DNA of 64,000 nucleotides from a virus (Duplodnaviria; Heunggongvirae; Uroviricota; Caudoviricetes): IMG/VR virus record IMGVR_UViG_2718217789_000006; one strand, 5' to 3'. The notes under the pieces are model-generated. The model did no database searches. It saw only the letters and a list, made by a program, of their open reading frames with translations, and was not told the origin of the DNA. Positions 1 through 8,459 of the stretch are shown here, one piece after another. Within the stretch, counting starts at the first letter, position 1, and each line of letters starts with the position of its first letter. A program made the translations under genes and the position numbers.

Positions 1-332
1 TGACGGGGACGAAAGAAGAACTGGCGCTCCGTGTGGCAGAGCTGGAAGAGGAGCTTGATGACACGGATGAAACTGCCGGTCAGGACACCCCTCTCAGCCG
101 GGAAAATGTGCTGACCGGACATGAAAATGAGGTGGGATCAGCGCAGCCGGATACCGTGATTCTGGATACGTCTGAACTGGTCACGGTCGTGGCACTGGTG
201 AAGCTGCATACTGATGCACTTCACGTCACGCGGGATGAACCTGTGGCATTTGTGCTGCCGGGAACGGCGTTTCGTGTCTCTGCCGGTGTGGCAGCCGAAA
301 TGACAGAGCGCGGCCTGGCCAGAATGCAATAA
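1..332 (+). CDS. FI: Lambda FI-like DNA packaging protein, C-terminal part (5' end outside window)
   Basis: Reading frame open from the window edge; translation ...VAELEEELDDTDETAGQDTPLSRENVLTGHENEV...MTERGLARMQ matches lambda gpFI C-terminus as recalled; lies directly upstream of FII. Confidence 0.8.
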   Translation, partial: TGTKEELALRVAELEEELDDTDETAGQDTPLSRENVLTGHENEVGSAQPDTVILDTSELVTVVALVKLHTDALHVTRDEPVAFVLPGTAFRVSAGVAAEMTERGLARMQ

Positions 333-343
333 CGGGAGGCGCT

Positions 344-697
344 GTGGCTGATTTCGATAACCTGTTCGATGCTGCCATTGCCCGCGCCGATGAAACGATA
401 CGCGGGTACATGGGAACGTCAGCCACCATGACATCCGGTGAGCGGTCCGGCGCAGTAATACGTGGTGTTTTTGATGACCCTGAAAATATCAGCTATGCCG
501 GACAGGGCGTGCGCGTTGAAGGCTCCAGCCCGTCCCTGTTTGTCCGGACTGATGATGTGCGGCAACTGCGGCGTGGTGACACGCTGACCATTAACGGCGA
601 GATGTTCTGGGTGGACCGTGTTTCTCCGGATGACGGAGGGAGTTGTTATCTCTGGCTCAACCGTGGGCAACCACCGGCAGTTAACCGGCGACGATAA
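344..697 (+). CDS. FII: Head-tail joining protein FII
   Basis: 117 aa, MADFDNLFDAAIARADETIRGYMGTSATMTSGE...SPDDGGSCYLWL, near-identical to lambda gpFII as recalled. Confidence 0.9.
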   Translation: MADFDNLFDAAIARADETIRGYMGTSATMTSGERSGAVIRGVFDDPENISYAGQGVRVEGSSPSLFVRTDDVRQLRRGDTLTINGEMFWVDRVSPDDGGSCYLWLNRGQPPAVNRRR

Positions 698-711
698 ACG
701 CAGGGTGAATT

Positions 712-1245
712 ATGGCGATAAAAGGGCTTGATCAGGCGATTGAAAATCTGAGCCGGGTTCGTAAAAACGCCATTCCGGCGGCTTCAGCAATGGCCATTAA
801 CCGCGTGGCCACAACGGCGATTAATCAGTCTTCATCACAGGTTGCCCGGGAGACAAAGGTACGCCGGAAACTGGTAAAGGAACGGTCCAGACTGAAACGG
901 GCCACGGTCAGAAATCCGAATGCCAGAATTATCGTTAAACGCGGTGATCTCCCTGTGATTAAGCTGGGGATCAGGATGCTGGGCCGTCGTCCGGACAGCA
1001 TACTTAAAGCTGGTCAGCATCGGTATCAGCGGGCATTTATCCAGCGATTAAAAAATGGTCGCTGGCATGTCATGCAGCGTGTGGCCGGGAAAAACCGTTA
1101 CCCCATTGATGTGGTGAAAATCCCGATGGCGGCCCCACTGAAACAGGCGTTTGATGAGAATATTGACCGTATCCGGCGTGAACGTCTGCCCGGAGAACTG
1201 GCATACGCGCTGAAACAACAACTTAGGATTGCGATAAAACGATGA
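712..1245 (+). CDS. Z: Minor tail protein Z
   Basis: 177 aa, MAIKGLDQAIENLSRV...NGRWHVMQRVAGKNRYPIDVVKIPMA, lambda gpZ-like; lambda gene order. Confidence 0.9.
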   Translation: MAIKGLDQAIENLSRVRKNAIPAASAMAINRVATTAINQSSSQVARETKVRRKLVKERSRLKRATVRNPNARIIVKRGDLPVIKLGIRMLGRRPDSILKAGQHRYQRAFIQRLKNGRWHVMQRVAGKNRYPIDVVKIPMAAPLKQAFDENIDRIRRERLPGELAYALKQQLRIAIKR

Positions 1246-1637
1246 AACATACTGATATCCGTGCGGCAGTGCTGGATGCACTGGAGCTGCATGAACACGG
1301 GGCGACGCTGTTTGATGGTCGCCCCGTTGTTTTTGACGAAGAGGATTTTCCGGCCGTCGCGGTTTATCTGACGGATGCAGAGTATACCGGTGAAGAGCTG
1401 GATGCAGATACCTGGCGGGCCACACTGCATATTGAGGTGTTTTTACCGGCACAGGTACCGGATTCGGAGCTTGATCAGTGGATGGAAAGCCGGATTTATC
1501 CGGCGGTGACTGCGATCCCGGCACTGGCAGACCTGATTACGACGATGGTTACGCAGGGCTATGAGTATCGTCGTGATGACGATATGGCGTTATGGAGTTC
1601 TGCGGATCTGACTTATTCCATTACATACGAGATGTGA
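1242..1637 (+). CDS. U: Minor tail protein U (tail terminator)
   Basis: 131 aa, ...[23 protein letters not shown]...[16 protein letters not shown]..., lambda gpU-like; 4-nt overlap with Z. Confidence 0.9.
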   Translation: MKHTDIRAAVLDALELHEHGATLFDGRPVVFDEEDFPAVAVYLTDAEYTGEELDADTWRATLHIEVFLPAQVPDSELDQWMESRIYPAVTAIPALADLITTMVTQGYEYRRDDDMALWSSADLTYSITYEM

Positions 1638-1644
1638 GGACGAT

Positions 1645-2397
1645 ATGGCAACACCAAATCCCCTTGAGCCGGTAAAAGGTGCCGGTACCACTCTGTGGGT
1701 TTACAACGGCAAGGGTGATGCTTATGCAAACCCGTTGTCAGACGATGACTGGCAGCGACTGGCTAAGGTGAAGGATCTGACGCCGGGCGAGATGACGGCA
1801 GAACCCTACGATGATAACTACCTGGATGATGAAGACGCGGACTGGACCGCGACCGGGCAGGGGCAGAAGTCTGCAGGAGATACCAGTTTTACGCTGGCCT
1901 GGAAACCGGGAGAAGAAGGTCAGAAAGGGCTTATAGGCTGGTTTGAAAGCGGGGATGTGCGGGCCTATAAAATCCGTTTCCCAAATGGCACGGTGGATGT
2001 GTTCCGTGGCTGGGTCAGCAGTATCGGTAAGGCCGTGACGGCGAAAGAAGTGATCACCCGCACGGTGAAAGTCACTAACGTGGGCAAACCTTCCGTGGCG
2101 GAAGAACGCAGCGAAATTACGCCGGCCACTGCAATTAAGGTGACACCGACATCCGGTACGGTGGCAAAAGGGAAAACAACCACCCTGACTGTTTCTTTTG
2201 AGCCGGAAAGTGCAACCGACAAGACGTTCAGAGCGGTTTCCGCCGATCCGTCGAAAGCCACCATTAGTGTGAAAGATATGACAATTACGGTAAACGGCGT
2301 GGCGACAGGTAAGGTGCAGATCCCTGTGGTGAGCGGAAATGGTCAGTTCGCCGCAGTGGCTGAAGTCACCGTTACTGAAGCGGGCGCTGCAGGGTAA
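1645..2397 (+). CDS. V: Major tail tube protein V
   Basis: 250 aa, ...[39 protein letters not shown]...[25 protein letters not shown]..., lambda gpV-like with C-terminal Ig-like region. Confidence 0.95.
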   Translation: MATPNPLEPVKGAGTTLWVYNGKGDAYANPLSDDDWQRLAKVKDLTPGEMTAEPYDDNYLDDEDADWTATGQGQKSAGDTSFTLAWKPGEEGQKGLIGWFESGDVRAYKIRFPNGTVDVFRGWVSSIGKAVTAKEVITRTVKVTNVGKPSVAEERSEITPATAIKVTPTSGTVAKGKTTTLTVSFEPESATDKTFRAVSADPSKATISVKDMTITVNGVATGKVQIPVVSGNGQFAAVAEVTVTEAGAAG

Positions 2398-2410
2398 ACG
2401 GAGGTAATAC

Positions 2411-2833
2411 ATGTTTCTGAAAACAGAACAATTTGAATATAACGGTGTGTCCGTCACGCTTTCCGAATTGTCTGCGCTGCAGCGGTTTGATTATATAAAG
2501 TTTGTTTCAGACGCAGAACAACAGGAGACAACGAAGCATGATGTCGTGCACATTAACCAGCGATATCTGGAAACGGCATCCCTGCTTGTGGCGATGTCGC
2601 TATGGCATTCCCATTCCCTCAAAGGCACTCTGGCCTCTCCGGAGACAGAGATGCAGCAGATCCGCCGTGAAGTGATGCTGGGATGGCCTGCTGATGCACT
2701 GAATCAGGCAACGAACCGGGTGCTTTATCTTTCAGGTATGCTGGATAACCGGCACGATGCCGATCCTGAACAAACCGGTAAAGCAGAAGCGACTGAGTCG
2801 GTAACATCAAAAAAGCATTCGAAGGCGAGCTGA
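2411..2833 (+). CDS. G: Tail assembly chaperone G
   Basis: 140 aa, MFLKTEQFEYNGVSVTLSELSALQR..., lambda gpG-like; ends just after a slippery heptamer. Confidence 0.9.
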   Translation: MFLKTEQFEYNGVSVTLSELSALQRFDYIKFVSDAEQQETTKHDVVHINQRYLETASLLVAMSLWHSHSLKGTLASPETEMQQIRREVMLGWPADALNQATNRVLYLSGMLDNRHDADPEQTGKAEATESVTSKKHSKAS

Positions 2834-3273
2834 ACTTTGTCCTGAAACTGGCGCGAGAGATGGGGAGACCCGACTGGCGCGCCATGCTTGCCGGGATGAC
2901 ATCCACCGAATATGCCGACTGGCGACGTTTTTACTGCACGCATTATTTTCAGGATACCCAACTGGACGCTCATTTTTCCGGGCTGATGTACGCCGTACTC
3001 AGCCTGTTTTTTGGCGATCCGGATATGCATCCGGCGGATTTCAGTCTGCTTGCTCCAGCGTGTGAGGAAGAGCAGACGGAGATGCCGGACGAGGAAGAAA
3101 TGCTGATGCAGAAAGCGACAGGAGTTGCCGGAGGCGTCCGGTTCGGAGGGGACGGAGGGCGCGATATTTCACCTTCTGCGGATGTGGTGGATGTCAGCGA
3201 GGATGATGTTGCATTAATGATGGCTTCAGCGGGGATTTCCGGAGGTGTGAGATATGTCCCAGCCAGCGGGTGA
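2411..3273 (+). CDS. T: Tail assembly protein G-T, product of programmed -1 ribosomal frameshift
   Basis: T frame (ending 3273) is the -1 frame relative to G and is open upstream of its first ATG through the heptamer A_AAA_AAG at 2809..2815; -1 reading gives ...KKAFEGELNFVLKLAREMGRPDWRAMLAGMTSTEYADWRRFY... Confidence 0.75.
2809..2815 (+). promoter_or_regulatory. Slippery heptamer A_AAA_AAG for the G to G-T -1 frameshift
   Basis: In-frame X_XXY_YYZ motif in the G reading frame at the G/T overlap; lambda uses G_GGA_AAG at the same position. Confidence 0.7.
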
Positions 3274-5866
3274 TCTGGTTATTGATTTGAGTCTGGATGC
3301 GGCCCGGTTTGATGAACAGATGGCCCGGGTACGCCGTCATTTTTCCAGTCTGGAGGCGGATGCCAGAAAAACCGCCAGTACTGTTGAACAGGGGCTGAGC
3401 CGACAGGCGCTGGCGGCACAAAAAGCCGGGATATCAGTCGGACAGTATAAGGCTGCCATGCGCACACTGCCCGCACAGTTCACGGATATTGTCACTCAGC
3501 TTGCCGGTGGTCAGAATCCCTTCCTTATCATGCTGCAGCAGGGGGGGCAGATCAGCGATTCATTCGGTGGACCGCTCAGCCTGCTTACCCTGCTGAAGGA
3601 GGAACTTCTCGGGATCAGGGATGCCTCTGAATCATCAGAGGAGTCGCTGTCAGATACGGCAAATGCACTGGCTGAAAATGCCCGGAATGCCGGTGAGCTG
3701 GGACGATTTATGTCGGTGGCCCGTGTGGCGGCAGGTGGCGGGGTTGCCGTACTGGCCGCGCTTGCTGCCGCCGCCTGGCAGGCAGAGCAGGCTGACCGGG
3801 CCTTATTGCGTTCACTGATCCTGACCGGAGGGGCGGCTGCCACCACAACGGCAGAATTGTGGAAAATGGCCGGGGTGATCAGCGATGAAGCCGGTGGTGG
3901 TATCAGACAGGCGGCAGAAAATCTGGCCCGTCTGGCAGAAAGCGGGAAATATACCGCCGGGCAGCTACGGATCATGGGGGAAACCTCTCAGAGATGGCTG
4001 CAGACGGTGGGGGACGATGCCGGGAAGGTGGAAAAAGCCTTTGAAGGGATTGCAGCAGATCTGGTGAAGGCGCTGGCCTCCCTGAATCAGCAGTATAACT
4101 TCCTGAGCGTTTCCCAGTTACGCCATATTGATGAGCTTGAGCGCACGAAAGGTAAACAGGTTGCGGTGACGGAGGCGATGTCCCTGTTTGCGGATGTCAT
4201 GAATGCACGTCTGGAGCAACTTGATAAAGCGGCCACGCCGGTGGAAAAAATCTGGGACGATGTTAAAACCTGGACTTCTGACGCATGGGCATGGATAGGT
4301 GATCATACACTGGGGGCACTCAGTCTGATCACTGACGTGGTGGCCGGAACCGTTGAACAAGTGAAGCTGCTGCTTGTGCAGGGGGATCTGGCGCTGGCTG
4401 AATTTATTCAGTCAGCCTGGGAAACGACAAAGAATGTGCCCGGCGTTGGTGCGTTGTTTGGTGAACTGGCAGAAGAGAACCGCGTATTTATTGAGAAAAC
4501 AAAACGCGATGAACTGGCGCTGAGAAAATCCATTGCGGAACGGGATGCGCGTATACGCCAGGGGGAAATGGGGTACATCAACCGCTCGCGTGCAACAGGC
4601 GTCAGCAAAGGTCCGGGGCAGCAGGAAGCCGTCAGCCGTCTGGCTGAAGAGCTGACAGGTAAAAAGCATACATCACCGAAAACGCGCTCTGCCGGGGAGA
4701 GGGAAGAGGAGCAGGCAAGAGAGGCTCTGCTTGCCCTTGAAGCTGAGCTCAGGACGCTGGAAAAACACAGCGGTGCGAATGAGAAAATCAGCCGGCAGCG
4801 CCGTGATTTATGGAAGGCGGAAAGTCAGTATGCGGTCCTGAAAGAGGCTGCCACGAAACGACAGTTATCTGAGCAGGAAAAATCCCTGCTGGCGCATAAA
4901 GACGAGACGCTGGAGTACAAACGCCAGCTGGCTGAGCTGGGCGACAAGGTTGAATACCAGAAACGCCTGAATGAGCTGGCACAGCAGGCGGTGCGGTTTG
5001 AAGAGCAGCAGAGCGCGAAGCAGGCCGCCATCAGCGCAAAAGCCCGCGGTCTCACTGACCGTCAGGCGCAGCGGGAGTCTGAAGCGCAGCGTCTTCGGGA
5101 CGTGTACGGTGATAATCCGGCTGCGCTGGCGAAGGCCACATCGGCACTGAAGAACACCAGGTCTGCGGAGGAGCAGCTTCGTGGAAGCTGGATGGCCGGG
5201 CTGAAGTCCGGCTGGGGCGAGTGGGCGGAAAGTGCGACGGACAGTTTTTCGCAGGTTAAAAGTGCTGCCACGCAGACCTTTGACGGTATTGCACAGAATA
5301 TGGCGGCGATGCTGACCGGTGCAGAGGCAGACTGGCGGGGATTCACCCGTTCGGTGCTGTCCATGATGACAGAAATCCTGCTTAAACAGGCCATGGTGGG
5401 CATTGTCGGGCGTATCGGCAGCGCCATTGGCGGTGCTTTCGGTGGTGGTGCATCTGCTTCCTCGGGGACGGCCATTCAGGCTGCGGCGGCGAACTTCCAT
5501 TTCGCGACCGGAGGATTTACGGGGACGGGCGGCAAATATGAGCCTGCGGGGATAGTTCACCGCGGGGAGTTTGTTTTCACGAAAGAGGCAACCAGCCGGA
5601 TAGGTGTGGGGAATCTTTACCGTCTGATGCGCGGCTATGCGGAAGGTGGTTATGTGGGTGGTGCCGGAAGTCCGGCGCAGATGCGGCGGGCGGAAGGTAT
5701 TAATTTTAATCAGAACAATCACGTGGTGATTCAGAACGACGGCACCAACGGACAGGCGGGGCCGCAGCTGATGAAGGCGGTGTATGACATGGCCCGCAAG
5801 GGGGCGCAGGATGAGCTCCGGCTGCAGTTGCGTGATGGCGGTATGTTATCGGGGAGCGGGCGATGA
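3254..5866 (+). CDS. H: Tail tape measure protein H
   Basis: 870 aa; N- and C-terminal regions (…LSRQALAAQKAGISVGQYKAAMRTLPAQFTD…; …AMVGIVGRIGSAIGG…HFATGGFTGTGGKYEPAGIVHRGEFVFTKEATSRIG…) match lambda gpH as recalled; GGAGG RBS; overlaps end of T. Confidence 0.9.
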   Translation: MSQPAGDLVIDLSLDAARFDEQMARVRRHFSSLEADARKTASTVEQGLSRQALAAQKAGISVGQYKAAMRTLPAQFTDIVTQLAGGQNPFLIMLQQGGQISDSFGGPLSLLTLLKEELLGIRDASESSEESLSDTANALAENARNAGELGRFMSVARVAAGGGVAVLAALAAAAWQAEQADRALLRSLILTGGAAATTTAELWKMAGVISDEAGGGIRQAAENLARLAESGKYTAGQLRIMGETSQRWLQTVGDDAGKVEKAFEGIAADLVKALASLNQQYNFLSVSQLRHIDELERTKGKQVAVTEAMSLFADVMNARLEQLDKAATPVEKIWDDVKTWTSDAWAWIGDHTLGALSLITDVVAGTVEQVKLLLVQGDLALAEFIQSAWETTKNVPGVGALFGELAEENRVFIEKTKRDELALRKSIAERDARIRQGEMGYINRSRATGVSKGPGQQEAVSRLAEELTGKKHTSPKTRSAGEREEEQAREALLALEAELRTLEKHSGANEKISRQRRDLWKAESQYAVLKEAATKRQLSEQEKSLLAHKDETLEYKRQLAELGDKVEYQKRLNELAQQAVRFEEQQSAKQAAISAKARGLTDRQAQRESEAQRLRDVYGDNPAALAKATSALKNTRSAEEQLRGSWMAGLKSGWGEWAESATDSFSQVKSAATQTFDGIAQNMAAMLTGAEADWRGFTRSVLSMMTEILLKQAMVGIVGRIGSAIGGAFGGGASASSGTAIQAAAANFHFATGGFTGTGGKYEPAGIVHRGEFVFTKEATSRIGVGNLYRLMRGYAEGGYVGGAGSPAQMRRAEGINFNQNNHVVIQNDGTNGQAGPQLMKAVYDMARKGAQDELRLQLRDGGMLSGSGR

Positions 5867-6192
5867 AAACCTTTCGCTGGAAAGTGAAGCCGGATATGGA
5901 GGTGAACTCGCAGCCATCGGTGCGTGAAGTGCGTTTTGGTGACGGGTACTCACAGCGTATGGCGGCAGGGCTGAATGCTGACCTGAAAACATACCGTGTG
6001 ACGCTTTCCGTGACCCGGGAGGAGGCCCGGCATCTGGAAGCGTTCCTGGCAGAGCACGGAGGCTGGAAGGCATTTTTGTGGAAGCCACCCTATGCATACC
6101 GGCAGATAAAGGTGACCTGTGCCGGGTGGTCTGCGCGGGTCGGGATGTTGCGCGTTGAGTTCAGCGCGGAGTTTAAGCAGGTGGTGAACTGA
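5863..6192 (+). CDS. M: Minor tail protein M
   Basis: 109 aa, MKTFRWKVKP...YRVTLSV...KVTCAGWSARVGMLRVEFSAEFKQVVN, lambda gpM-like. Confidence 0.9.
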   Translation: MKTFRWKVKPDMEVNSQPSVREVRFGDGYSQRMAAGLNADLKTYRVTLSVTREEARHLEAFLAEHGGWKAFLWKPPYAYRQIKVTCAGWSARVGMLRVEFSAEFKQVVN

Positions 6193-6890
6193 TGCAGGAT
6201 ATTCACGGGGAAAGCCTGATCGAGTCGGTTAAATCAGAGCAGTCACCGCGGGTGGTGCTCTGGGAAATCGACCTGACGGTGCAGGGTGGTGAGCGGTATT
6301 TTTTCTGCAATGAGCTGAATGAAAAAGGGGAGGCGGTTACCTGGCAGGGGCGGGAATATCAGGCATACCCGATTGACGGCAGCGGTTTTGAGATGAACGG
6401 GAAGGGCAGCAGTGCCCGCCCGTCGCTGACGGTGTCGAATCTGTTCGGTCTGGTCACCGGAATGGCGGAGGACCTGCAGAGCCTGGTGGGGGCCACGGTG
6501 GTCCGCCGCCGGGTGTATGCCCGTTTTCTGGATGCGGTGAATTTTGTGGCGGGCAATCCGGAAGCGGACCCGGAGCAGGAGCTGAGCGACCGCTGGGTGG
6601 TGGAGCAGATGTCAGAGCTGACGGCCATGACAGCCTCGTTTGTGCTGGCAACACCGACGGAGACGGACGGAGCGCTGTTTCCCGGTCGCATTATGCTGGC
6701 GAATACCTGTATGTGGGATTACCGGGGAGATGAATGCGGGTATAACGGTCCTGCGGTGGCGGATGAGTTCGACAACCCCACCACGGATATCCGTAAGGAC
6801 AGATGCAGCAAGTGCATGCGCGGGTGTGAGATGCGCGGCATGGTGGCTAATTTTGGCGGTTTCCTTTCCATCAATAAACTTTCGCAGTAA
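6192..6890 (+). CDS. L: Minor tail protein L
   Basis: 232 aa, ...VVLWEIDLT...GERYFFCNE...FPGRIMLANTCMWDYRGDECGY...FGGFLSINKLSQ, lambda gpL-like. Confidence 0.9.
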   Translation: MQDIHGESLIESVKSEQSPRVVLWEIDLTVQGGERYFFCNELNEKGEAVTWQGREYQAYPIDGSGFEMNGKGSSARPSLTVSNLFGLVTGMAEDLQSLVGATVVRRRVYARFLDAVNFVAGNPEADPEQELSDRWVVEQMSELTAMTASFVLATPTETDGALFPGRIMLANTCMWDYRGDECGYNGPAVADEFDNPTTDIRKDRCSKCMRGCEMRGMVANFGGFLSINKLSQ

Positions 6891-6900
6891 ATCCTGTTTT

Positions 6901-7644
6901 ATGACACAGACTGAATCAGCGATTCTGGTGCATGCCCGGCGGTGTGCGCCTGCGGAGTCGTGCGGCTTCGTGATAGGCACCCCGGAGGGCGAACGGTACC
7001 AGCCCTGCGTGAATATCTCCGCAGAGCCGGAGGCGTATTTTCGTATTGCGCCGGAAGACTGGCTGCAGGCAGAGATGCAGGGGGAGATTGTGGCGCTGGT
7101 TCACAGCCACCCTGGTGGTCTGCCCTGGCTGAGCGAGGCCGACCGGCGGCTGCAGATAAAGAGTGCCCTGCCCTGGTGGCTGGTCTGCCGGGGGGAAATT
7201 CATAAATTCCGCTGTGTGCCGCACCTGACCGGGCGTCGTTTTGAGCACGGGGTGACGGACTGTTACACCCTGTTCCGGGATGCATACCATCTGGCGGGGA
7301 TAACGCTGCCGGATTTTGAGCGTGAGGATGACTGGTGGCGCAACGGTCAGAACCTTTACCTGGACAATATGGCGGCGACTGGTTTTTACCGGGTGCCCCT
7401 GTCCTCTGCACAGGCGGGCGATATCCTGCTGTGCTGCTTTGGCGCATCGGTGGCCAATCATGCCGCCATATACTGCGGCAACGGTGAACTGCTTCACCAT
7501 CTGCCTGAACAACTGAGTAAACGGGAGAGGTATTCTGAAAAATGGCAACGACGAACGCATTCTGTCTGGCGTCACCGCCACTGGCACGCATCTGCCTTCA
7601 CGGGGATTTGCAACGATTTGGCCGCCGCCTCAGCCTGTACGTGA
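6901..7644 (+). CDS. K: Tail assembly protein K (JAB/MPN plus NlpC/P60-like domains)
   Basis: Starts at ATG 6901 (MTQTESAILVHARRCAPAESCGFV...HSHPGG...); the ORF-track start at 6640 is an upstream in-frame extension overlapping L and is rejected. Confidence 0.9.
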   Translation: MTQTESAILVHARRCAPAESCGFVIGTPEGERYQPCVNISAEPEAYFRIAPEDWLQAEMQGEIVALVHSHPGGLPWLSEADRRLQIKSALPWWLVCRGEIHKFRCVPHLTGRRFEHGVTDCYTLFRDAYHLAGITLPDFEREDDWWRNGQNLYLDNMAATGFYRVPLSSAQAGDILLCCFGASVANHAAIYCGNGELLHHLPEQLSKRERYSEKWQRRTHSVWRHRHWHASAFTGICNDLAAASACT

Positions 7645-8219
7645 ACACGGCAGCGGAAGCCATCCGTGCCCTGTCGCTGCAGATGCCGGGATTCCGCCGT
7701 CAGATGAACGAAGGCTGGTACCAGATACGTATTCGCGGTGAGGACACGGCACCGGAGGCGGTGTACGCCCGTCTTCACGAACCTCTGGGTGAGGGGGCGG
7801 TCATCCATATTGTGCCGCGACTGGCCGGAGCCGGAAAGGGCGGACTGCAGATTGTGCTGGGGGCAGCAGCCATCGTGGGCTCTTTCTTCACCGCCGGCGC
7901 AACGATGGCGTTGTGGGGCGCAGCCCTGAGTGCCGGAGGGCTGACTGCCACCACGATGCTGTTCTCACTGGGTGCCAGCATGATACTGGGCGGTGTGGCC
8001 CAGATGCTGGCACCGAAGGCAAAAACACCGGAGTACAGGGCGACGGATAACGGTAAACAGAACACGTATTTTTCGTCACTGGATAACATGATTGCCCAGG
8101 GGAACCCGATGCCGGTGCCTTATGGTGAAATGCTGGTTGGTTCACGACGGATATCCCAGGACATCAGCACCCGTGATGAGGGCGGAGACGGGAAAGTGGT
8201 GGTTATCGGGCGGGGATGA
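7542..8219 (+). CDS. I: Tail assembly protein I
   Basis: 225 aa, ...ICLHGDLQRFGRR...AVIHIVPRLAGAGKGG...GKQNTYFSSLDNMIAQGNPMPVPYGEM..., lambda gpI-like; overlaps 3' end of K. Confidence 0.85.
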   Translation: MATTNAFCLASPPLARICLHGDLQRFGRRLSLYVNTAAEAIRALSLQMPGFRRQMNEGWYQIRIRGEDTAPEAVYARLHEPLGEGAVIHIVPRLAGAGKGGLQIVLGAAAIVGSFFTAGATMALWGAALSAGGLTATTMLFSLGASMILGGVAQMLAPKAKTPEYRATDNGKQNTYFSSLDNMIAQGNPMPVPYGEMLVGSRRISQDISTRDEGGDGKVVVIGRG

Positions 8220-8264
8220 AAATAAAAAAATCCCGCAGAGTTAGCGGAGCTGCGGGAGAGAACG

Positions 8265-8384
8265 ATGAAGATTAACGTTATGGAGTTATTTTTCAGGCAT
8301 CAAAAAAGTAATGCAGCGTCATTATTGCGGCTACAGGCAATTGCCGGAAATGTGAAGAGTTTCAGAAATTTTATTCCGTCATGA
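8265..8384 (+). CDS. Hypothetical 39-aa protein in an AT-rich insert between I and J
   Basis: ATG with GGGAGAG upstream; MKINVMELFFRHQKSNAASLLRLQAIAGNVKSFRNFIPS; bracketed by two GC-rich hairpins; no homology recognised. Confidence 0.25.
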   Translation: MKINVMELFFRHQKSNAASLLRLQAIAGNVKSFRNFIPS

Positions 8385-8459
8385 CACAGGCACCCTCCGG
8401 GGTGCCTGTTGTTTTCTGGCATAAACAGATTCAGACATCAGACAGGAGAGGGGGACAGA

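Noticed and set aside
1738-2457. Long antisense ORFs inside tail genes (for example 1738..2457, 4865..5722, 6899..7591, 9914..10387, 10152..10934 on the minus strand)
   Set aside because: They lie entirely within strongly supported lambda-homologous genes on the opposite strand, have Arg/Pro/Cys-rich low-complexity translations typical of shadow ORFs in GC-rich coding DNA, and lack ribosome-binding sites
6640-6900. N-terminal extension of K to 6640 as in the ORF track
   Set aside because: The extension overlaps gene L in another frame; the lambda K homology begins at ATG 6901 (MTQTES...)
8409-8459. ATG 8409 as the J start
   Set aside because: Homology to lambda J begins at the GTG at 8460, which has a strong upstream SD; the ATG would add 17 non-conserved residues overlapping the upstream hairpin
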